Virus record (IMG/VR): IMGVR_UViG_3300016482_000022
Span: 1-41,955 of that record
Strand: one strand, 5' to 3'
DNA length: 41,955 nucleotides
Origin: a virus
Taxonomy: Duplodnaviria; Caudoviricetes
Shown here piece after piece: positions 16,144 to 25,269 of the stretch (positions within the stretch are counted from its first letter, which is position 1; each line of letters begins with the position of its first letter). The translations under genes and the position numbers were made by a program. Under the pieces are notes generated by a model. It was not told the origin of the DNA. It saw only the letters and a program-made list of their open reading frames with translations, and did no database searches.

Positions 16144-18584
16144 CAATTCTGAATGACCCGGCTGGTATCACTGGATACAAACGATACCCGCTCGATTGCT
16201 CGATCAGCCTGCAAGAAAACATCGCGCAGCACATGGCAGGCGGTGCGGATTGCGAATTGCGCATCAATGGCGTCACCGTTGACCCGTTGACTGATCCGCG
16301 CATTGATGCGCCGCCGAGTCTGTTTGATGATGTGGTGGTGGTGCGCAGGCCAGAAGGGTTGGACCCTGTGACATGGGTCATTATTGCGGCAGTGGCTGCT
16401 GCGGCTACATACGTCCTCATGCCGTCGATGCCAAACCTTGGCGGCGCGACCAGCAAGGACAGCCCGAACAACCGTCTGACCGGGCAATCCAACATCGCGC
16501 GCGCCTACCAGGCAATACCCGATGTGTACGGATACCGGCGCGTATGGCCTGACCTGATCCAGCCATCGGTGGTTGAGTATGTAGATCACGTCAAGTACGT
16601 CACCGAGTGGCTGTGCGTCAGTCGCGGCAAGGGCACGATTACAAGCGTGCAGTACGCCGAGACGCCGATTGATGACATTGACGGCGCGAGCTATGAGATA
16701 TTCGAGCCATTCGGCGCGGGCTATCCAGAAAACGGCACAACGACTCTGATTGATGTCGAGGAGGTTTTCGCCAGCGATGAAGTAAACGGTCAGGAGCTGA
16801 CGCCGGTAGAGCCATTCGCTACGCTGACGAAAACCGGCACGTTTACGGCGGCTTCTGGAGCTACCTCGTTTACCGTCACGATACCAGACGGCACGGACCT
16901 GGGTCAGTTGAAATCGCTGGTTCCTAGCGGAACTGCCGAGGTGACGTTCACCTACTCAAGCGGCGGCCTGCTGCCTATTTTCAGCGAGACATGCACCGTT
17001 CATGGCGTGACGGTGGCTGGAGGAAATGCGACGTTTACATTCAGCAGCAGCGCATGGAGTGATGCGCATACCAATGAGGCCGCGTCATTCACCATAGTGC
17101 CAAATGGCACCGCCAGCACGGTTATCGGACCGTTCACGCTGCCGTTGACTTGCGACCGTATCTGGTGGAATACCATCTTTCAGCGAGGCCTAAAAGGCAC
17201 CGTACAGATCCGTGCCGAATGGTGGCAGATTGACGGCGCAGGCGTTGAGGTATCAGGCACCCGGCAGACGCAGGACAACACCTACACGGCGGACACCTAC
17301 GACCAGCGGTTCTTCACCAACAAGGTGGCGCCATCGGCTGGCAGTGGCCGCTATCGGATTCAGTTCAATCGGCTCAATGAGGTCAACGGCGACGGGTCGG
17401 CGGACGTTGCGAAGCTGGAAGAGGTCTATGCGGTTCGGGAGTACGCCAGCAAGACATTGCCGGGCGTTACCGTCATTCGGGTTACGACCAAGGCCACCGA
17501 GTCGGCAACTGGATTTAGCGACCGCAAATTCAACTTGCGCTGGCTGCGCCATGTACGCACACTGACCACTGACGCCTTGAGCGAGTCGCGCAACTTTGCG
17601 CGCGCCATGGCGCATATCTGGACTATTGCAGGCAATGACATTGCAGGACTCGACACGGACGCTCTGGCCGCCATCAATGCCGAGCTTGGCGAGACTTCGC
17701 CACTGCTGCGCTTCGACGGCAGCCTAGACGACGCCGACATGAGCCTAGGCGAGCGGCTGCAATATGTGGCCAACACTGCGCGCTGTGTTGTTTGGAGAGA
17801 CGGCACCAAATGGACAGTCACCAGGGATCAGGCGCGGCCATATCCTGAGCTGCAGTTGGATTACCGAAACCTGGCCGCTGGTGGCGACTCGACCATCAGC
17901 TATGCGTCACACCTACCGGCCACGTATGACGGCGTAGAGCTTGAGTACGTTGACGAGGCGACGCAGAGCAAAAAGAGCTACATCCGACTCAATATCAGCA
18001 GCGGCGCGCCTGTTGCTGGGGCTGTGAGCAATCCGAAAAAAATCAAATTGCAGGGCTGTACCACGACGGCGCAGGCCGAAAACCGCGCACAGCTTGAGGC
18101 ACGGCGCTTGATCTATCAGCGTGTCAGTGTGAGTGATACGGCACTAGCAGACGCTGGTGGTCTTGGCATTGGTGCGCTGGTGCGATGGATTGACCCGAAT
18201 GATTTTGCGGGCGATGATGGATTGCAGGCTGGCGAGGTGCTGGCTATCAGTGGCAACGTGATTGCGACGAGCGAGCCCATCGACTGGAAGGGGCAGAGCA
18301 GCGGGCGGATCATGTTTACCGGTACTGATGGCAAGCAGGTCGGAGCGACGCAGGTTTGCTATCCGTCTGGACCTGGCGTCCAAGTGGCAGCCTTGCCGTC
18401 AGGTGTCTACGTGCGAGACAGCGTACGACAGCTTGGTAGCCGGTACGCATTCGCCGTTGGCCTGACTCAGGCAGAGATTGAGGCGGCAGGCCTTTACACC
18501 GTGACAGAGATCAGGCCAGCAGCAGATGGCACCGTGTCCCTATCATTAGCCCAATACGATTCACGCATCTACGGAGCCGACTAA
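16137..18584 (+). CDS. Tail tip / host specificity protein (gpJ-like)
   Basis: 815 aa; SPNNRLTGQSNIARAYQAIPDVYG, YDGVELEYVD and C-terminal YDSRIY. Confidence 0.85.
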   Translation: MLTILNDPAGITGYKRYPLDCSISLQENIAQHMAGGADCELRINGVTVDPLTDPRIDAPPSLFDDVVVVRRPEGLDPVTWVIIAAVAAAATYVLMPSMPNLGGATSKDSPNNRLTGQSNIARAYQAIPDVYGYRRVWPDLIQPSVVEYVDHVKYVTEWLCVSRGKGTITSVQYAETPIDDIDGASYEIFEPFGAGYPENGTTTLIDVEEVFASDEVNGQELTPVEPFATLTKTGTFTAASGATSFTVTIPDGTDLGQLKSLVPSGTAEVTFTYSSGGLLPIFSETCTVHGVTVAGGNATFTFSSSAWSDAHTNEAASFTIVPNGTASTVIGPFTLPLTCDRIWWNTIFQRGLKGTVQIRAEWWQIDGAGVEVSGTRQTQDNTYTADTYDQRFFTNKVAPSAGSGRYRIQFNRLNEVNGDGSADVAKLEEVYAVREYASKTLPGVTVIRVTTKATESATGFSDRKFNLRWLRHVRTLTTDALSESRNFARAMAHIWTIAGNDIAGLDTDALAAINAELGETSPLLRFDGSLDDADMSLGERLQYVANTARCVVWRDGTKWTVTRDQARPYPELQLDYRNLAAGGDSTISYASHLPATYDGVELEYVDEATQSKKSYIRLNISSGAPVAGAVSNPKKIKLQGCTTTAQAENRAQLEARRLIYQRVSVSDTALADAGGLGIGALVRWIDPNDFAGDDGLQAGEVLAISGNVIATSEPIDWKGQSSGRIMFTGTDGKQVGATQVCYPSGPGVQVAALPSGVYVRDSVRQLGSRYAFAVGLTQAEIEAAGLYTVTEIRPAADGTVSLSLAQYDSRIYGAD

Positions 18585-20530
18585 TGCCGACAACCAATCC
18601 AGTCCCAAGCACTGACCCGACTGACCTCCTGTTCAATGCCGGGAAATTGGATGAAGTGGTCAATGGCATTGCCAACAGCTTTACAGACCGGCTTGGCATT
18701 GCGCGGCGCACAGTCGCCGGGATGAATGCTGATTTCGACGCACAGCTGGCAGACGCCGAGTCTGATCTGAACGTTTACCGGGCACAAGCGGCAGCAAGCG
18801 CGACCGAGGCTCTTGCATATTTGAATGATCTGAAGGGCAGATGGTATGGAGCGCTGGCGTCCGATCCGGCCGCCGACCCGCTTGGCGCACCCGTAGGCCC
18901 TGGCGATGCCTACTTCAACACTACGCTGAACCAGACGCGCGTTTATTCAGGTAGCTCGTGGCAAGCACCTTTCAACCCGACGGATTCGAGCCAGGTTGCG
19001 TTCCAGCAGTCCGGAACCGGCGCAGTCGCCACGAATGCTCAGGAGAAGCTGAGGCAATCAGTCAACGTGTGGGACTACATGACTCCTGCACAAAAAGCGG
19101 ACCTGGCGTCTGGCGCTGGATTAGTTGACATGCTGCCAGCTGTTTATTCTGCTATGGCTGCTGCTCTGCAGCCAGGACCGTTTGTGTATCCGGTTTCCGG
19201 CAAGGTTGAGTTTCCACGAGGGAAATTGTTCTTAAATGGAAACTTGACGCTCAGCAGCTCAGTCCATTTTACTGGTCACGGCTCGGGTCAACAAGGAGGG
19301 AACTGGGCAACGATTCTTAAATTTCCTGAAAACGTTACTGGGATAATACCGCTGAAGGCAAATACCGGACCAAATCAAAACGGTGCGGACGGTTCGATTA
19401 TCGAAGGTTTTTCTATTCAGGGTGGTGGCGGGACCCTCGGATCTGCCCATGGCGTAGATATGCAGGCCCGCATCAAGCTGCGAGACGTTACGGTTTCCGG
19501 TTTTTCTGGGAATGGTGTAAATATCGTTGCAGACGTCGGAGCTAGAAAAAACGCAAACTGCTGGATTATCGATACTGTTGCGTTGCTCGGAAACGGAATG
19601 CATGGGCTTTATGTTCAGGGCGGCGACACCAACGCTGGTTACGCAGTCGGGATAGACGCAACCGGCAACGGAGGGTGGGGTATTTGGGATGCCTCTTTCC
19701 TGGGCAACACTTATGTTGGCTGCCATACAGACGGAAACGGAAAGCGGTCAATGGTACATTATGGCGGAAATAGGTATTACTGTTTAGACTCATCACTGGC
19801 TGGCAGCACCACGCCAGGTACTAATAGCGCTGTTTGGGCTTTGATTGGTCCTGGTGGAGTCAGTTTTTATCATCCAGATTGGGTTAGCGGCGCGACATAT
19901 CTCGTTGGTGGTGCATACGCATCAACAGGAATCAATGCGCGTAATGTTTTTATTGGCTGTTATTCGGAATCCGGGTCACAGCCTCCTTCTGATTTTATTT
20001 TCCCTAGCATTGTGATTGGTGGTTTGCACGCGGCAGGTGTCACAAACACCACTTCTGCTACGATCTTAATAGACGGAAGTTTTACAACATTGACTTCAAT
20101 GACGAAGTCTAATAAAGCAAAAATATCTATAGGTGCTGGATCTGCGGGTGACTCGGATGCGCTACTTACGCTTGCAGATCCGGTATATGGAGATTGGCCG
20201 TACCGACTAAAATACGCTACCGGAAGATGGCTGTTAAATTGGGCAAATACGAACGAGCATTTACATCTATATACTAGAGACGCGACTGTAACGAACGGTT
20301 ATTCCCGTAATTTGAGTTCTTCTTATGGAGGAATAGGTTTTCCAAATGGTTACTTCGGAGGATTCATGAAATTTAGAGGGGAGGCGTCCGCTCCTCCGTC
20401 GTCTGGTACATGGTTGCAAGGAGATATAATGTACAACACATCGCCCAGTGCAGGCGGTTTTGTTGGATGGGTTTGCGTTTCAGATGGTACTCCTGGTACC
20501 TGGAAAACGTTTGGTGCAATCAGCGCATAA
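18584..20530 (+). CDS. Tail fibre / tailspike with beta-helical (pectate-lyase-like) domain
   Basis: Anchor PTTNPVPSTDPTDLLFNAGKLDEVVN; QEKLRQSVNVWDY; Gly/Asn-rich beta-helix repeats; C-terminal GWVCVSDGTPGTWKTFG. Confidence 0.85.
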   Translation: MPTTNPVPSTDPTDLLFNAGKLDEVVNGIANSFTDRLGIARRTVAGMNADFDAQLADAESDLNVYRAQAAASATEALAYLNDLKGRWYGALASDPAADPLGAPVGPGDAYFNTTLNQTRVYSGSSWQAPFNPTDSSQVAFQQSGTGAVATNAQEKLRQSVNVWDYMTPAQKADLASGAGLVDMLPAVYSAMAAALQPGPFVYPVSGKVEFPRGKLFLNGNLTLSSSVHFTGHGSGQQGGNWATILKFPENVTGIIPLKANTGPNQNGADGSIIEGFSIQGGGGTLGSAHGVDMQARIKLRDVTVSGFSGNGVNIVADVGARKNANCWIIDTVALLGNGMHGLYVQGGDTNAGYAVGIDATGNGGWGIWDASFLGNTYVGCHTDGNGKRSMVHYGGNRYYCLDSSLAGSTTPGTNSAVWALIGPGGVSFYHPDWVSGATYLVGGAYASTGINARNVFIGCYSESGSQPPSDFIFPSIVIGGLHAAGVTNTTSATILIDGSFTTLTSMTKSNKAKISIGAGSAGDSDALLTLADPVYGDWPYRLKYATGRWLLNWANTNEHLHLYTRDATVTNGYSRNLSSSYGGIGFPNGYFGGFMKFRGEASAPPSSGTWLQGDIMYNTSPSAGGFVGWVCVSDGTPGTWKTFGAISA

Positions 20531-20547
20531 AGTTTAAGGATTAAAAA

Positions 20548-20805
20548 ATGGCACTCAAGAAAACAGTCAGCACGGTTTTTGGCATTGACGTTATTGACGC
20601 ATATCACCGAGTTGAAAACGTCGAGATTCAAGGAAAGAATGCCATGGCGTATCGTGTAAGGTCTTACAAAGACGGAAGCGGTCTTCCGTTTTTCGAAGAG
20701 CGATTTATTACTAGCGAGTACGACATCAACGGTGATAACCCGATCTCCCAAGCGTACTCGCATGTAAAAAAGCTGCCAGAGTTTGCTGACGCCGTGGATT
20801 GCTGA
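20548..20805 (+). CDS. Small tail fibre-associated protein
   Basis: AAGGA RBS; QAYSHVKKLPEFADAVDC C-terminus is typical of genes following fibres. Confidence 0.7.
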   Translation: MALKKTVSTVFGIDVIDAYHRVENVEIQGKNAMAYRVRSYKDGSGLPFFEERFITSEYDINGDNPISQAYSHVKKLPEFADAVDC

Positions 20806-21080
20806 TCATGGAAGTCCGCACTGCCACCGGCCTGATTGCCGCCTACATGCGCCTGTGCGGCTTTCGCGGCTGGACCAGCTTCTGGCGCGTCATCTACGTC
20901 CTGCCGGGCCACGAGCACGACGAGCGCCTGCTGCGGCATGAGCGCAAGCACCTAGAGCAGATCGAGCGCGACGGGCGACTGATGTTCGCAATCCGGTATT
21001 CGTGGTGGACAATCTGCTACGGGTACTGGCGCAACCCATACGAGGTAGAGGCCCGCGCGGCAGAAAGCAAGTCACCATGA
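20799..21080 (+). CDS. Small HExxH zincin-like protein (start 20799 or 20808)
   Basis: LLRHERKHLEQ and NPYEVEAR motifs. Confidence 0.7.
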   Translation: MLIMEVRTATGLIAAYMRLCGFRGWTSFWRVIYVLPGHEHDERLLRHERKHLEQIERDGRLMFAIRYSWWTICYGYWRNPYEVEARAAESKSP

Positions 21081-21319
21081 CGCCAGAAGAACGCAAGGCT
21101 CTGATTGCCGAAATCGTGGAGGTCATGAACTCCACCAAGCCGCAATTGTCAGATGAGGAAATGCAGTGGGTGCGTCTTGCTATTGAAGCCGAATCACGAA
21201 AAATCCGATTCAGGGATGCCGTGATCGAAAAAACGCTGGGGAGCTTGGTATGGTCGGCAATTGCTGGCCTTGGCTTCCTTTTTCTTGACTACCTGAAAAA
21301 CCGGGGGTTATCGCTATGA
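21077..21319 (+). CDS. Membrane protein of lysis cassette (holin/antiholin candidate)
   Basis: Single C-terminal hydrophobic helix LVWSAIAGLGFLFL; upstream of endolysin. Confidence 0.6.
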   Translation: MTPEERKALIAEIVEVMNSTKPQLSDEEMQWVRLAIEAESRKIRFRDAVIEKTLGSLVWSAIAGLGFLFLDYLKNRGLSL

Positions 21320-21381
21320 ATTACATCGGCTATGCAATGCTTTTTTCGTGGTGGCGCAACTGGTGGAGGCTGTTCGTATGA
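21316..21381 (+). CDS. 21-aa Trp/Arg-rich peptide (not in ORF track)
   Basis: MNYIGYAMLFSWWRNWWRLFV; ATGA overlaps with both neighbours. Confidence 0.5.
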   Translation: MNYIGYAMLFSWWRNWWRLFV

Positions 21382-21806
21382 TCGAGCAACTGACAGCGCA
21401 GCTTCGGCGCGATGAAGGCGTCAAGGCGACCGCCTACAAAGACTCGCTTGGGTTCGATACCATCGGTGTGGGTCGCCTGATCGACTCGCGCAAGCCTGGT
21501 GCAGGGCTGCGGCCTGATGAAATCGATTACCTGCTGCGCAATGACATCAACGACCGGGTGCAGGCACTGACAAAGGCACTGCCGTGGTTTGATCGACTTG
21601 ATGAAGCGCGGCAAGGTGTGCTGATCAATATGGCGTTTCAGCTTGGCACGGCTGGCCTGCTTGGCTTCAAGTCTACGCTTGCGCTCATCGCTGATGGAAA
21701 GTACGCCGAAGCCGCCGAGCAGATGCTCAAGAGTCGATGGGTGACCCAAACACCGGAACGCGCAAAGCGCCTGGCCGAACAGATGAAAACTGGAGAATGG
21801 AAATGA
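21378..21806 (+). CDS. Endolysin, T4-type lysozyme (GH24)
   Basis: DEG...YKDSLGFDTIGVG catalytic E-D-T pattern, INMAFQLG, QTPERAKR. Confidence 0.92.
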   Translation: MIEQLTAQLRRDEGVKATAYKDSLGFDTIGVGRLIDSRKPGAGLRPDEIDYLLRNDINDRVQALTKALPWFDRLDEARQGVLINMAFQLGTAGLLGFKSTLALIADGKYAEAAEQMLKSRWVTQTPERAKRLAEQMKTGEWK

Positions 21807-21970
21807 ACGCAACGATGATTTCGGCGATTGTGCGCCACCTGCTCACTGGTGTGGCTGGTGCTTACGCTGTGCAATATGGCGTCGATGGCGCTACGGCCGA
21901 CGCCATTGTCGGCGGTGTGGCTGCTGCCGCTGGCGTTGGCTGGTCGCTGCTGGACAAGCGCAAAGACTAA
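21803..21970 (+). CDS. Small two-helix membrane protein (putative holin)
   Basis: 55 aa; IVRHLLT and VGWSLLDKRKD with basic C-terminus; ATGA-coupled to endolysin. Confidence 0.65.
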   Translation: MNATMISAIVRHLLTGVAGAYAVQYGVDGATADAIVGGVAAAAGVGWSLLDKRKD

Positions 21971-21973
21971 AAG

Positions 21974-21997
21974 AAAAAACCGCCTGGTGGCGGTTTC
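21974..21997. terminator. Terminator between convergent late and early operons
   Basis: AAAAAACCGCC-TGGT-GGCGGTTT; the U-tract is best on the minus strand. Confidence 0.7.
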
Positions 21998-22008
21998 TGA
22001 AGGTTTTT

Positions 22009-22269
22009 TCAGGCTGCTGAAGATTTTTCTTGGCAGTCCATGTAAAAACGGATCATTGTGGTACGCCACTGTGCCCGAGCCTTGGACTTCTGTTGACGTT
22101 TGTACTGGCGCAGCGCGGCATTGTAGGCCCGGTTGAAATTGCTAGCCTCGTCGGTAGCGAGCCTGGCCAGCATCTCATCTTTTGTCCGTAGCGCCTGGCT
22201 CATGCGCTTGTTTGCTTCGTTGCGCGCCCGGTAGAGTCTTGCCAACTGGTCTAGCGTGACGGTGGTCAC
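22009..22269 (-). CDS. Hypothetical basic protein
   Basis: Last ORF of the coupled leftward operon. Confidence 0.6.
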   Translation of the reverse strand: MTTVTLDQLARLYRARNEANKRMSQALRTKDEMLARLATDEASNFNRAYNAALRQYKRQQKSKARAQWRTTMIRFYMDCQEKSSAA

Positions 22270-22538
22270 TGCTGCCCCCTTGCGCGGATGGCGTCCAGAG
22301 TGGCTTCCAAGTCATCGGCGCGAACCGCAATCTCTCCTAGCCTTTTGCCGAATCTCGGGACTAGTCGCAGCTCATTGATGTGGGCATGATCAATTTGAGC
22401 CTGTATTGCTGCAATGCAAGACTCGCGCTCAGAAGCTGATACAAGCTCCGCAAAGCTTCCGAGATATCCAACGTCGATAAGCGACAAGCCGGTTAGCCCA
22501 ACTTTCTCGGCAAGCGCCACAACTTCGTCATTGGTCAT
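22266..22538 (-). CDS. Hypothetical early protein (ERExC...AIRARG family)
   Basis: Start MTNDEVV coupled to the upstream stop; shares motifs with 28127-28441 and 28438-28662. Confidence 0.7.
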   Translation of the reverse strand: MTNDEVVALAEKVGLTGLSLIDVGYLGSFAELVSASERESCIAAIQAQIDHAHINELRLVPRFGKRLGEIAVRADDLEATLDAIRARGQQ

Positions 22539-22918
22539 TGCACATCCTCCCGCAGTGCGCGCGCGCCGTTGGCGAAGTAGATCGGCGCGTAGAAGCGGCA
22601 TGAGTTGTCCTCGCGCGGAGACAATGCCCAGAATCTCTGATTCGGAGCAGGCTTGGCTTGTGCGCGATAGCATGTGCCGAACTCTGGACAGTGCTGGTCG
22701 GCGCACATGGTTAGGCTTCCAGCGTCAGACATTGCTGACGTGGCTCTCTTTAGATTGGCCTCCAGTTCTGCAATCCGTGCCGCCTGACTGTGTGCCAGCG
22801 CATCAGCCTTGACGATCAGGTTATGCAAGCGCATCAGCTCGCGCTTGACTTGTCGCTCGAAATGCACCTCTTCGTCGCAGTTGGCGATCATTTTCATGGT
22901 GCGAGTCATGTCGGTCAT
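22535..22918 (-). CDS. Hypothetical protein with C-terminal Cys cluster
   Basis: Coupled ORF; MCADQHCPEFGTCYRAQA...CRFY. Confidence 0.7.
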   Translation of the reverse strand: MTDMTRTMKMIANCDEEVHFERQVKRELMRLHNLIVKADALAHSQAARIAELEANLKRATSAMSDAGSLTMCADQHCPEFGTCYRAQAKPAPNQRFWALSPREDNSCRFYAPIYFANGARALREDVQ

Positions 22919-23253
22919 TGATTTTTTCCTTCAGCTTTGGCAATGGCGGCGCGGGCTTTCTTTCGGATACCAAGCGCCAGGAAAGGCTCGGCTTCCTTCA
23001 GTGCATCCAGCAGGGCGCCGCACTGGTCTTCCAGTCGCATGACCTGATCCGCAATCTGCTCGGCTGCAGAATGCTGCCTCTCAATTGCTGCACCAAGATT
23101 TCTACGATCGGCCAGCAGTGCCGCATTCTCGGCGTGCAGGCGGCGAAGCTCGGCGGCGGCTTCCCGGTGCAGATCAAGCAGCTGGGTTTGGCATGAATGA
23201 ACCGGGTCAAGTCGTGCAGCCAGCCTCAGGGCTTCTGGTTGTTTGTCGGTCAT
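22915..23253 (-). CDS. Hypothetical coiled-coil early protein
   Basis: QPEALRLA, AAAELRRLH and ARAAIAKAEG motifs; coupled start at 23253. Confidence 0.7.
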   Translation of the reverse strand: MTDKQPEALRLAARLDPVHSCQTQLLDLHREAAAELRRLHAENAALLADRRNLGAAIERQHSAAEQIADQVMRLEDQCGALLDALKEAEPFLALGIRKKARAAIAKAEGKNQ

Positions 23254-23459
23254 TTCTTTTCCTTGGTTTGCAACTTCGTCACACACTCACGGCAGACATG
23301 GTGCGCGCGGAACTTTTGAGAGCCTGTCTGCGGGCGCTGCTGGTCGCAGTACATGCACCAGATGGACGCACCGGCCCGCAGGTCGGCCAGGGTGCGGCTT
23401 GGTTCTTGCGCTGCTTGCAGCGCCTGCGGTGGCCGGTGTGACGGCCTGGGTTTTTTCAT
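23250..23459 (-). CDS. Small zinc-finger protein
   Basis: CMYC...CREC; coupled on both sides. Confidence 0.65.
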   Translation of the reverse strand: MKKPRPSHRPPQALQAAQEPSRTLADLRAGASIWCMYCDQQRPQTGSQKFRAHHVCRECVTKLQTKEKK

Positions 23460-23842
23460 GCCTTGGCCTTGCGTGGTGCGCTCGGCTTGGTGGTGCGCGT
23501 GTCAACGTGCCGAATGCTGTTGCCGTTTGACCTCAAATAGTCGGGGTCGCCATGGCCAGCCATCAGATTGATATGCAGGGCCAGGTCTCGGTCAAGTTCA
23601 ACGGGTGGGCACCATGCCGATTGCAAAGTTTGTAGCGCCTGCTCGACATGGGCTTTGCTGACCTGTAGCGCGTTTTCGAGCTTGATCCGTTCGCGTGACT
23701 CCCGCCCCCACTCGGCACGCGCCTCGGACAATGCTTTGTCTTGCGACTCGATGCGCTGCGCGGCCCACAGCAAAAGCTTGGAAATTCCGGTGCGGTCTCG
23801 CAAAGCGGCTTCGGCGCGAAGTCTTTCAAGAAGTTCGCTCAT
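23456..23842 (-). CDS. Hypothetical coiled-coil protein
   Basis: Start MSELLERLR at 23842. Confidence 0.65.
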   Translation of the reverse strand: MSELLERLRAEAALRDRTGISKLLLWAAQRIESQDKALSEARAEWGRESRERIKLENALQVSKAHVEQALQTLQSAWCPPVELDRDLALHINLMAGHGDPDYLRSNGNSIRHVDTRTTKPSAPRKAKA

Positions 23843-23844
23843 GA

Positions 23845-24009
23845 TTAGACCCCAGGCGCTAAAAAATAGGACATAGCGACAGCGGTTCCGATGGCTACCG
23901 CCACGGTGACGAAGTACGCCAGCCAGACATTGCCTCTGTAGCTCAGGCGGCGATGTTGATCGCGGCAGCAGCGGTGGCCTTGATTGCAGTCGTGATTGCA
24001 TACGTTCAT
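23845..24009 (-). CDS. 54-aa membrane protein with CNHDCNQG motif (not in ORF track)
   Basis: GGAG RBS; MNVCNHDCNQGHRCC...VWLAYFVTVAVAIGTAVAMSYFLAPGV. Confidence 0.65.
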   Translation of the reverse strand: MNVCNHDCNQGHRCCRDQHRRLSYRGNVWLAYFVTVAVAIGTAVAMSYFLAPGV

Positions 24010-24021
24010 GTTTTGCTCTCC

Positions 24022-24327
24022 TTAGTCGTTTTCGTCGTCGTCATTGTCATCGTCTCCAAGTTCAATTTCAAACGTCGGCGTATCAATGGCGTCTTGCACT
24101 TGGCGATGCAGGATGCCTAGTGCGCCACTGAAGGCAAAGTCGTTTGACTCGTTGTCATCCATATCTAGCTGGAATCCCGTAATCCATGCCGCGTCGCCAT
24201 CTTCGTCGGTTATTTCGGCCAAGATGGCAAGGCTATGCACCCGGCCTTCGATCAGGGCCGCCACAAGGTCTTGGACCTCTTCAGGCAGCGGATTTGTAGC
24301 TGGATTTGTGATGTCAGTCAGTTTCAT
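24022..24327 (-). CDS. Highly acidic 101-aa protein
   Basis: Coupled ORF; hand count about 27 D/E versus 3 K/R. Confidence 0.75.
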   Translation of the reverse strand: MKLTDITNPATNPLPEEVQDLVAALIEGRVHSLAILAEITDEDGDAAWITGFQLDMDDNESNDFAFSGALGILHRQVQDAIDTPTFEIELGDDDNDDDEND

Positions 24328-24764
24328 TGCGAAGCCTTTACACCCATGGCGATGTATTGCCCGGTATACGGCACCAAGCCGTCAGCTCGGCGGCTCATGC
24401 AGGCCTCGTGATCCATAGCGCCGGGGCGCATGGGCTGGGTGCGTGTCGGCACGTAGACGCCTGACATTTTGTTGACAAGCTGGCCGGGCGTGACGGGGCC
24501 GCTGCATTTTTTTAGCGGCTTTCCGGTCATCGGATCACGCTCTTTGCTGGGACGGTATGGCGAGACAGCTGTCATATCGGCGGTGTAGATTGCTACGTGG
24601 GCCTGGTCGCTGATGTTCTGCACCTTCTTTGATTTTCGCAGCGTCTTGATGGCGTTTTCCACCTCGTTGTAGGTCATGCCGCGCAGCTCATCGCGGATCT
24701 GCTGCATGGTGGCTTTGCCCATCTTCTGGATCACGGCAAAGACTGCTTTCGAGTTGTCATTCAT
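24324..24764 (-). CDS. Putative winged-helix DNA-binding protein
   Basis: N-terminal ATMQQIRDELRGMTYNEVENAIKTLRKSKKV pattern. Confidence 0.6.
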   Translation of the reverse strand: MNDNSKAVFAVIQKMGKATMQQIRDELRGMTYNEVENAIKTLRKSKKVQNISDQAHVAIYTADMTAVSPYRPSKERDPMTGKPLKKCSGPVTPGQLVNKMSGVYVPTRTQPMRPGAMDHEACMSRRADGLVPYTGQYIAMGVKASQ

Positions 24765-24768
24765 GGCT

Positions 24769-24966
24769 TCAGGCCCGGTAGAGGTTGGGGAATGCGGATT
24801 TGGCGTCAGCGGTCACTTTATCAATGTCAGCTATGCAGCGACGGTAGGCGGCTGACTCGCGGCCGGCTTCTGATTCTGCCTGTGCAAGCTCTGCTTTGAT
24901 AGCGCAGGTCAGTAGGCGCTGCCGGATTTGGTACGGCAGGATTTGAGCGATTGGGACGATTTTCAT
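24769..24966 (-). CDS. Hypothetical protein
   Basis: Start MKIVPIAQ at 24966; fits operon packing. Confidence 0.6.
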   Translation of the reverse strand: MKIVPIAQILPYQIRQRLLTCAIKAELAQAESEAGRESAAYRRCIADIDKVTADAKSAFPNLYRA

Positions 24967-24986
24967 GACGTGTGGCTCTTGACTAG

Positions 24987-25244
24987 TTACTTGGCAGTGA
25001 TGACGCGGCAAGCATAGTCGCCATTGGTGCCGACCATGACAAGTTCGGCGCTGGGGCCGCGCGTGGCTTTGCAGCGGGCTTCCAGGATCGCAGCGTCACG
25101 CGCTGCGGCTTTGGCGTAGGCGATGTCAGCCTGCATGACTTGCGCGGTCTCGTTGTCACTGGGGCCGTCGAGCAGGTAGCTTGCGGCGAGGATGGCGGCT
25201 GCACCGATGGCAAGCGTCCAGGTGGTGAGTTTTTCGATTTGCAT
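24987..25244 (-). CDS. Hypothetical protein with N-terminal membrane anchor
   Basis: AAGGAG RBS; WTLAIGAAAILAASYLLDGP. Confidence 0.7.
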   Translation of the reverse strand: MQIEKLTTWTLAIGAAAILAASYLLDGPSDNETAQVMQADIAYAKAAARDAAILEARCKATRGPSAELVMVGTNGDYACRVITAK

Positions 25245-25269
25245 GGCAGCTCCTTGGTTGTTTGCCCGG

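Noticed and set aside
18584-20530. Diversity-generating retroelement or invertible fibre system
   Set aside because: No reverse transcriptase, invertase or duplicated template/variable repeat seen.
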